64,000 nt of DNA from Amoeboaphelidium protococcarum X5. Its lineage: Eukaryota > Fungi > Aphelidiomycota. The notes under the pieces are model-generated. The model was not told the origin of the DNA. It ran no database searches and saw nothing but the letters and a program-made list of their open reading frames with translations. The position numbers were made by a program, and so were the translations under genes. Where the stretch lies: positions 692,708 to 756,707 of the forward strand of contig JALDTO010000266.1 in the NCBI GenBank assembly GCA_023515725.1, in the 5' to 3' direction. Shown here piece by piece: positions 54,983 to 64,000 of this stretch (position 1 is its first letter; each line of letters begins with the position of its first letter).

Positions 54983-57616
54983 TCAATCATAAACATTCAA
55001 CGCGCTCAGAATCAACTGCTTCGCTTTTCGCTTTGACAGACGTTTAATTGTAATTGCCTGATTACAATCGGGCACTGTGCCATCATGAACAAACGATACA
55101 ATCTGCTATTGAAAGCAATACGACCAACTACCACTAGATACTTCAACCACAAACATGGGCTAATCCATTTCTACTAGAGCAAAAAGTTAATCCACCGAAG
55201 TCACTGTAAACTGATTTCCTTATGTCTGAGTCGGAGTGAAAGAGGGCGAATTGCGATCAGCGACCACTTGTGTCACCAGAAAGTCGATAGGCACACCATA
55301 GTGATGCAATGGAACAAATATTTCAGTCGCTGTCTGTTATTATCTCTTGATGATGTCGCCCGTGGATTGGCTAACAAACTACAAACTGAATGACTTCTCA
55401 GTAGACTGGCTATCAAAAGACTGATTAGTAGGGATGCCGCACACTTTTCTAGCGTATGGACGAAGAAATGCATCAAGTGCTCTAGCACCTTTATTCAACA
55501 CTGAAGATGGATGCTCTTCACTCGGTAATTTAACAGGCGATGTAACGCATCGTTCACGTCCTCTTGAAATAGGAGCGATTTGAAAAGAGGCGCGTTCTCT
55601 TCCCAATTGCGGATCATCAGACTTTAGAGACACATAGGCAGAGTCCGCATCTTACGCATAAGAGTCAATTCTCTTTAACTTTTCAGTCGCATTGTCGTAA
55701 AAGTAGTCATCTTTGGACCATAAGGATAGATCTTCTCCATTCCACTAATCGCCCCACTTGTGGCAATTTGATGAACAGTAATTCCACAATGTAAAGTTTA
55801 GTAAATTCTTTTCAAGTCCGAACATGTTGGCATCAAGAGCATTACGCTGCTTTTAATACACATCTTTAGGCTTCCAGCAGTTCATAAACGACTAAACCAA
55901 AGGCAACTTAGATGCGCGTTAAGTAGTTTCATTTCTCCTGCGCTTGTATGCATTTTTATTATCCATATCAAATGGAATACCAATTTCGCCAATCAAAGTC
56001 GGAACTTCGCCCAAGCGTTCCACACCATCACCAGTAATAGTCCTCAGCTGACCTGCAAAGTTATTCTTCACACCATTAAACCCGAGGCTGATTGAATTTA
56101 GGATTGTGGCGTATTTATTACGCTTAAAGCCGACATAGTCTACAGTCCACCATTTGGAGAATGATTTATTCATAAGTGTAATGCCATCATACCAGTGAGG
56201 CGCGAATACGAGTCGATGATGAAGAGTGTCCAATTCCTTTTTCCAATGTGGAGGATTTTCCATGACTGGAGGTTCGAAAAATATAATGGCATTCTGATGC
56301 TCTACGCGAACTCTTTGAATAAAAGCCTTCGTAAATGGAAACCAGAACTGATCAACAGCATCCAAAACCTTGCCATTAACTTTAAAGAAATACTGATCAT
56401 CAATAATACTCTAGGTTGCAAGATCATAAACTCCATGAGCTTCGTACGGACATTGGAATCCATCTTTCCATACACGCAGCTGCTTTGGATTCAACACAAC
56501 CTTACCAACCTTTCGCGGACCTAATGCACCAAATTTGTAGTAATCAACTTTGATAGACATCCCCTATCCTACCAACATACTCTACAGAAAAGTCGGAGCA
56601 CATCCACTCTTCAAATCAATACTCTTGGGGATAGACTTCAAAGTATCATGACCAATAAGTCCAGGCGACGGCTCATTTAACGTATCATAACCAACTACGA
56701 TAGAGTCAAGTAAATCTCCAGCAGATTCTCTGAGACGCCGAATCAAATGACAGATGCTATCCATGTAATGTCGCTGTAAATAATCCTGAACCGACTCTAA
56801 TTATTCATAAGCATACTCAAATGGAGATTAGTTCTTATAGTTGATGAACTACTCAGGTGTCAGTATAATCATGCGGTCAAGATTAGAATCTGCCTCATTC
56901 TTCAACACAAAACAGCGAGGTAAAAACTAATTACCACCAAAGAAGAGTGTAAACATGGTAAAGCATCCCAACTTTTAATAATTAGTTGGCCAGATCATCT
57001 TGGGATACTATTCAAGATCCTCACCGCTACGAGGCTTCCAAGTGTTATGAACAATGGCACATCCAACACTATCATCGGTCAGCACACGCAAATCAAATCC
57101 AATCAATTCCAGAGTCCAGATAGGAGCACCGCTTCCACCAGTAAATCTACTCCAGCAATCCTGATGCGGGTCGATGAACACTTTGATACCGCCAATGGAC
57201 TTGATGATCTGTAATACTTGAATCAAATAAGCAATATAATCTTCATCAAACTAACCGGGGCCTGCATGCTCGATAGCCTCCCAGGTAATACAAAATCTCA
57301 AGAAATTAAAGCCCCAGCTCTTCAGGCGCGTCAAATGCTCGTAAGCTTCATCCAAGGGGAAGGGGCGCCCCACAAAAGAGACACTGCGGTGATCAAACCA
57401 AGAAGCTTCCATTGAGCCAAAATCCAATTCCTACGACGGACGGCCATGAGTGGTGGATGCCACCATTGGGTAGGTTGGCAATTTAGCTGAGCCAGACAGA
57501 TTCACACCTCTCAAATTGATAACTCTCCCTTCACCATCTTTGAAATACTTTCCATCAATGAAAAGGGCATCACCAGGCAATTATTATTTTACATCATTCC
57601 GCATTGATTAAGCCAT
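54983..57616 (-). CDS. GH5 endoglycoceramidase-related protein (steryl-beta-glucosidase Egh1/EGCrP-like), 877 aa
   Basis: [36 protein letters not shown], acid/base NEP, nucleophile IGEIGIP, TLWNY...WGDQWNGEDLS. Confidence 0.92.
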
Positions 57617-58091
57617 GCTTTATAAGATTTAATCGTTTACTTTAAGCTCGCAATAAAAGAAATTAATTGTGGATAAAAAAAGAATTTCAAACCAGAGAGT
57701 AATTATAAAGCTATATTTACGACAGCCACAAAAACAACTTTCAGGAGAGCAATCATTAAGATTAGATTGGATGATGTTTATTACTCAGATTGCCACACTA
57801 TAGACGAAAACAGTTGGTCTGATCACAAACAAATTTTCGTCGCTCTAAAAGGAGGAAACGATCGCGCAGATTCACTCGGATTCTTGTGAACAGACTATTA
57901 TAAACGAGTCGTCTCTCAAAGTCGAGACAGATGACGATATACACTCACTGTACTTTCGTTTCATCTGAGGAATCCTCGTTTCTACAGTTGAAACGCGTGC
58001 GGAACTTATTAGTCGACGCGGTTTCAGGACGGTGCTTTGTATTTAATTCTTCACTTGCAACTAATAAACTTCATCAATTTATATAAGCAAA

Positions 58092-60024
58092 ATGTTCTTA
58101 TAGGAGCAAGAGTTTAATTTAGCTTATAACCATATTAAGCAGTTTATCAGATCCAATGCCAACACTGCTCTGTACATTGTATCACATGCAGATGTTGATT
58201 CTGTGTGTGGTACTAGAATTCTCACCGATATGCTTGTTGCGGATTTGCTATCATTCAAAGTAGTCTATGTTGATGGGATTAAAGAATTTAGCAAGTTGTG
58301 TGATTCTGTGTTGTGCCCACTTTCTGAGAACGTTGCTGCTGTCTGTATATTCCTCGTTGGTTTTGGTGCCACTATCGATATTGCAGAGTTTCTGCCTATC
58401 AACAGCAATACAGTGTAGGATAATAGTTAGGACCAGGATTAATGCAAGTTTACCATCTTCATTGCTGATTCTCACCGCCCAATGAATCTGGATAATTTGT
58501 TCTCCACAGACGACGTGATAGTTCTTGACGAAAGCGCCGGCCTTTTTGAAACGGAGCTGAAACAAGTGAAAGACGCGTATGATCTCATTCAACGGACTGA
58601 TGGTGATGAGAATTAGAGAAGTCATGCAGATAATGGCGAAGATGACAATTAGTCGGACGTGGATGATGATAATTATGAGGCCAAGTAAGAAAAGTAGCTC
58701 GAATGGAAACACGCTGCGAGGTTGCTGGATGACTATTACTTCTCCTCAGGGGATGTAGATAGCGAACTAAATCAGAAGCCTGTATCGATGATCATGTACG
58801 ATATGGCGTCGTAGATGAACAAAAACAACAATACGTCGTTATGGACAGCGATAGTTGGTTCGACTGCCTTCTACTTTAATTCAATAGTGCACAATGCCGC
58901 ATCCATTGGAAACGGATACAAGACTGTTGCTACTCTCCTCAAAGACGAAGTATCTAGGCTGAATTCTAATTCTACTCAAGAATATTCGTCTAGCGCCTTA
59001 GTGGATCCCTCTGCCTTGAACGCTGATGATTAAACCATTTACTACAAACGCAAAAATTCAGTGTTGAGGCTGTACCGTTACTAGAGCCTGTTTATGTCAA
59101 TGGTAACAACTCCAATGTTCATGGCAAAGTTTGCATTATGGAAAGAAAGAGGACGAAGTAGACTGGATAATTATATAGTGTCCTTAGGATTAAGTAAGGC
59201 TGAGGTTAATAGTCATTGGGGAACTGGCTATAGTGGCATAGCATTGCAAGAGCTAGAGGATAGACTTGAGGAAAAGGCTGCAGCGTTTGGTATTCTCGAT
59301 ATGTGGTTTTCATCGTTTGTGAAGCGTTTTGGCTATAAATTTGTAATCAGTGCAGTTGATGAAGTTGAGGCTTTAAACTCACTGTTGCAGTATGGCTAAT
59401 CTGATGTTAAGCGTGGTTCTTTCATGGCTTTCGATGCTCTGAATAATTCCAAGTTATTAATGCATGGCGTCGAGATGGCCAAGAGTTTCAACCAGCTGAT
59501 AACAAGTATGGCCATATCGGTGATCGAAGAGAAGGCTGTGAAAACTCTTAGAAGTTTCAGACTCTGCGTTCTTCACGAAAATCAGTTCTCTACTCTATTC
59601 CCACAGCATCTGCATGAAAGTATTCCTAATGATTTGACTCTGTTCAGAAACGTTTATGCTATCCGTCAACTTGGTCTGAGTTTAATATCTGCAATGAGAG
59701 AGACTGTCAAAATGATCACACCTCTAGTAATTTGCTGTTGGAATGAGAAAATGTAGCGCTATCTCGTGGTTGGCATATCTGTGCCACAGGTTGAGTCTTA
59801 GTCTAAAACTCCTAAAGATAGATTGTAAGAATTTATGTACTAACCTTTAAATGATATTCATTCATGTTGTATTATATTGTAGGCGATTTGATGTGGCATT
59901 TAACTAAACTATCCAAATTCTGAAAATCTCCGCGTCAAAAGACTCTTTCGATGGTGACTCGGTCGAGATTGAGAAGCCTGATCTCCCAAGATTTGTCGAG
60001 TAATTGCAAAGATTCCTTGTCTGA
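58092..60024 (+). CDS. CDC45: Replication initiation factor Cdc45 (624 aa); intron 59825..59882
   Basis: DVDSVCGTRIL, DSHRPMNLDNL, acidic insertion, LWTAIVG, LRLYRYQSL, C-terminal DSFD...EI...FVEQL. Confidence 0.92.
59825..59882 (+). other. Spliceosomal intron (58 nt, GTAAGA...TACTAAC...TGTAG, phase 2)
   Basis: Canonical signals; removal restores the Cdc45 C-terminus. Confidence 0.85.
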
Positions 60025-60230
60025 CATTAATTGATTGATATCTTAAGGTTACATAAATAGTGTTTTTTAGTTCTCATTAATAAAGTCGGGTGTAAACTGT
60101 GAAAAATCAACCAGTCTATTTTTAATTGTTTCAACTTTTTACATTGCGCGTCGCCTGTGGACAAAGCGTAAGACTTACTTCTTCATTGCTTATCATCGAA
60201 ACAAAAGAGATCTTTACTTGCAACAAATCA

Positions 60231-61316
60231 ATGGTTAAAGATATATCTAAAATATCGCAGCCTATTGAGATAAAAGCACCTCCAACGCTGATGGTCCTAA
60301 AACCTTAGTTCCCTTCAGTAGAAAAAATCCCTGCTGGTAACAGCAATCAACCAACTGATAAAGCCAAGATTCCATTTACTACAAAGTTGGCATGTGCGGC
60401 AATTGCAGGAGTCGTTGGTACCGCTCTTATATTTCCACTAGATCTGATCAAAACTAGAATGCAAAATTAGGCTAAAATGGCATCTCCTGGTACACAGTAA
60501 TAATAATATCGCAATGGGTTTGATTGCTTCCGCCAGATTGTACGACAAGATGGCTACTCTGGTTTATATCGCGGACTTTCCTCCAATCTCTCTGGCATCA
60601 TATTTGAAAAGGCCATCAAACTCGCAACTAATGACTATGTGCGCGAAAAGTTTGCTGATAGATTAAATCGATAAGTGGCTCAAAGTTAAGGCAGTTCCAC
60701 CGCGATAAAACATAAACTTTATGACGCTGATAATGTCCCTATAGTGTATGGTATGATATCCGGGGCATCCGCTGGATTTGCATAAGTTGTCGCCACTAAT
60801 CCTATGGAAGTGGTAAAGATCAATTCACAAATGGCTAAAGGCACCGCAGCTTCACCACTCTCCATTGTGTAAGACCTGGGAATTCGTGGATTGTATCGTG
60901 GAACACCTGCGACACTATTACGCGATGTGCCTTTCAGTATTATATTCTTTCCATCGAGCGCTTGGTTTAAACAAATGTCAATTGAAGCTGATTTGAAGTC
61001 AGGTGGACCGGGTAAGGCGTCTTTTAATTCTGTGTTTTATGGCAGCATCCTGGCCGGTATGGTGGCCGCCTTTGCCGTAACACCGAGTGATGTTATCAAG
61101 ACGCGTCTCCAAACTAAAGCTACCCCTGTCCCTGATGGATCTGCTATGTCAGTTGCAAAGTACCAGAATATTCGTTAGACTGCAGCTTTGATTTATCGTG
61201 AAGAGGGTGTCAGTGCATTCTTCAAAGGCGCCACTCAGAGATGTATGATCATTGGACCGCTCTTTGGAATTACAATGTTGGTCTACGAGGTTTAGCAGAG
61301 GTACTTTTAAACTTGA
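60231..61316 (+). CDS. Mitochondrial carrier, glutamate-carrier (SLC25A22/Agc1-like) type, 361 aa
   Basis: Three PxD/ExxK repeats: FPLDLIKTRMQ, NPMEVVK, TPSDVIKTRLQ; EKAIKL; LLRDVPFS; PLFGI. Confidence 0.92.
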
Positions 61317-61592
61317 ATATATCTCTTGACTTTTAACCTTCATAGATTTCAAAACTTTATATTAGCATTACTAATTTATATATTTATACTATCTGCAATA
61401 TCACTGCTGTAAACTTACTTGATTAAGTACAGTATATTGCTTTCTAGTGATTTGTCAAACACCGGCTTCACGTTGGATGTCAGAGGTCTATGGTTAAGAC
61501 TTTTATTGGCATACACCGAGTGCTGCGCCTCATCGAGTTCCATCATTTTCCTTCTCAATCCCACACAATAAGTACAATATAAAATAATTGAT

Positions 61593-62525
61593 ATGGTCAA
61601 GTAGTATAAAAGAGGTTAATAGTTTTAGTCAAGATCTTTACCAAAGACTGAAGGAGAATTGCAATTGGAGCAGACGGAAGGTGTTCAGTTGCGTGAGTGG
61701 TATACGCGCGCTGGATAGATTTATGCGCAATCATGGTAGATGGCATAGAGTGAAGACGTGTAGAAAGTCGTCATAAAGGCTGTAGGTATGGGCGACTATT
61801 CTGGCCGCTTTGCTTGTTACTCCTAGCCATTCCTGGATGCTGGATATGCTGTTGTATCGTATGATCATCCAGGGCATGGAAGATCGGATGGCACCCACGG
61901 CCTTATAATGAGCTTTGATGATTTGATTGAAACTCTGCATGCAGTCGTGTTGGACGTGTAGTTGGCATTTCCTAACGCGTCATTGTACTTGATGGGCGCG
62001 TCTATGGGTGGGCTCATTGTACCTGTATACACTGTACGTCACCCAGAAGTGAAAGTCAATGCCATCTCATTGATTTGCCCTCTGATCAAGGTGCACGGTG
62101 AATCTGATCCTAGCTTTATCCTGAAGCAGGTGGCAAAGGTAATTAAGCGCATCGCTCCATCCATGCCTATCGCCGAGAGCGTGGAGGAGAATGTACATAC
62201 AGATCCGGCTGTGAGTGGCAATTTCGTTCAAGATCCAGGCACGTACTCCGGTGATGTTCGTGTCGCTACTGGTTTATCCTTGATGGATGGTATGGCTGAA
62301 GTCTAAAAGTGTGCTCCCCAAATGTCAGTTCCAATGTTCATCGCTCATGGCCTGAATGATAAGGTCACTGACGCGAATGCAAGCCAAGATTTCCATGGCA
62401 AATGCTCCTCTTTGCCGGCTGAGAAGAAGAAGATTGTGCTGTATGAAAATGGGAATCATGCGCTGTGGATTGGCCCGGGAGATTCCTGCTTCCACGACGC
62501 TTTACAGTGGTTCAACGAGCATTGA
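61593..62525 (+). CDS. Monoacylglycerol lipase/lysophospholipase-like alpha/beta hydrolase (310 aa)
   Basis: YDHPGHGRSDG, GASMGG, HGLNDKVT, YENGNHAL. Confidence 0.88.
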
Positions 62526-62977
62526 TTTTTAAGATTATTTTACGATTACGAAATTAAATTTATAAAATAAAAATGATATTCAGTTGATATTGTTGCATTT
62601 TAAGAAGGCGCTTATTCTGGGACATCATGTATAGGATAGATGCGCGTTCCTCATGAGAATTTGTCCACTTTGAAACACCAAAGTCGATTTAATTATGAAC
62701 TATGCCGTTCATTTTACGCGCAAGTTTGCCTAAGCATTCATTTAATTTATCGAACACTTTCTCCCTACTGAATGAGTCCCTGAGAAGGTAGCGCGTATAT
62801 CGCATCATTTTATTTTCCGTTTCGGGATGTTTTCTCTCAGTACTCGCTCGGTATTGTCCGTTCTTTCAACTCAAGTAGAGAAATTTAATGCGGTAATTGT
62901 CTAAAGTTCAACATTACGATTTATCTTACCGCGGCATCTGTTGTTTAAAGAATTGAACTGAAGAGAAATACTTGATA

Positions 62978-64000
62978 ATGGATTATGACTATTATGTGAC
63001 GAGACTAACGCTGAGTGAAGAGTTGTAGGGGCACAGTGGTTGTGTTAATAGTATTGCGTGGGATGATTCGGGAAGATATTTGTGCAGTGGAAGTGACGAC
63101 AAACATATAAACGTCTATGACATGTGGAGTCAGTCTGAGGATGGCACTGCTAAAGTTAATGGCGTAAGTCCAAAGCATCTTGTTCACAGAATCAAGACGG
63201 GTCATTAGAGAAACATTTTCTGCGTCAAGTTTATGGATGGTTAAAACGCGGTGATTTCTGGAGACGCAGAGTATAGAGTAGCGTATACTGACATCAACCA
63301 GTATTACAGAAATAATAAATCTCCAGCTGCCACTTTTGATTGCCATGCTAGATTTGTTAATGATGTCATTGTTGATCCTCTAAATCCTGCCACACAGTTC
63401 TTCTCATGTAGTGGTGACGGTACTGTGAATTTGTATGATCTGCGTATCAGAACTAGTTGCAATTGTAAGAGTAATTTATCGCGTGAGAGGAACCTTCATT
63501 GTAATCGGCACACGTACATTGATGTTAACGTTGCGCCGGAATACAGTGGATGCGAGTGCTGCGATGAGTTTCAGATGAGGCCTAGTAAATCTGCAGCGGG
63601 TATTGATGGTACCGGAGAGTCAATGTTCCGTTCAGATGTGTGTTCACGGTAACATGGTGTTGGTGTGACCTCCATGGATGTACTATAGACTGATCCTGTT
63701 TATATTGCTCTTGGATGTACCGACTCTTTTGTAAGAGTATTTGATAGGCGCAAGTTGGATAAACCGGTATATCGTTCTTCTGCCGATAGCAAAAAGTATC
63801 AGCCTAGCAAGAAGCAAGTTCAAGGCCATTCGATTGATAATTTCCATCTCTATCCAAAGAGTCTAGATTGTTATAAGGGAATTTGTTATTCCTTTGCACC
63901 AAGTCACATGCGATATGGATTGTCCAATGCTTTTGATCAATATGGCGTAGAATTGGATTACCATGATCGCCCTATATTGCTTCCTAGGAATTAGCTCTAG
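62978..64000 (+). CDS. WD40 DCAF6/WDTC1-like CUL4-DDB1 substrate receptor, 3'-partial
   Basis: RLTLSEELQGHSGCVNSIAW...SGSDD, GHQRNIFCVKF, FFSCSGDGTVNLYDLR, DSFVRVFDRR; start uncertain (see findings). Confidence 0.85.

Noticed and set aside
61770-61800. HG-to-VG change in the lipase oxyanion motif as sign of a dead enzyme
   Set aside because: Ser, Asp and His triad motifs are intact; variation here is tolerated

Overview
Gene-dense eukaryotic nuclear DNA (about 35 protein genes in 64 kb, few and short introns) that uses a non-standard genetic code: TAA and TAG are read as Gln and TGA is the only stop. The supplied ORF track is therefore fragmented; I re-read the genes by hand with TAR=Gln, and conserved proteins then become continuous and end at TGA. 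The fungal-type gene content plus this code best fits an aphelid such as Amoeboaphelidium protococcarum (inference). Housekeeping genes include two SEC24 paralogues, MAK11, PCNA, ORC2, ORC6, CDC45, BUD13, SPP1, BSD2, a MARK/Kin1 kinase, a Pcl-type cyclin, an NSUN methyltransferase and a mitochondrial carrier. Accessory or unusual items: two non-RD receptor-like kinases, a tandem pair of divergent secreted orphan paralogues (effector candidates), adjacent ORC2-ORC6 near an insertion-bearing PCNA, an I-BAR-like+SH3 protein, a J-protein fused to a bacterial-type domain, a bacterial-like CocE/NonD hydrolase, neighbouring sterol-handling genes, TGA-rich 3' flanks and a degraded gag-like segment. 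All calls come from manual translation and motif recognition; no searches were run.
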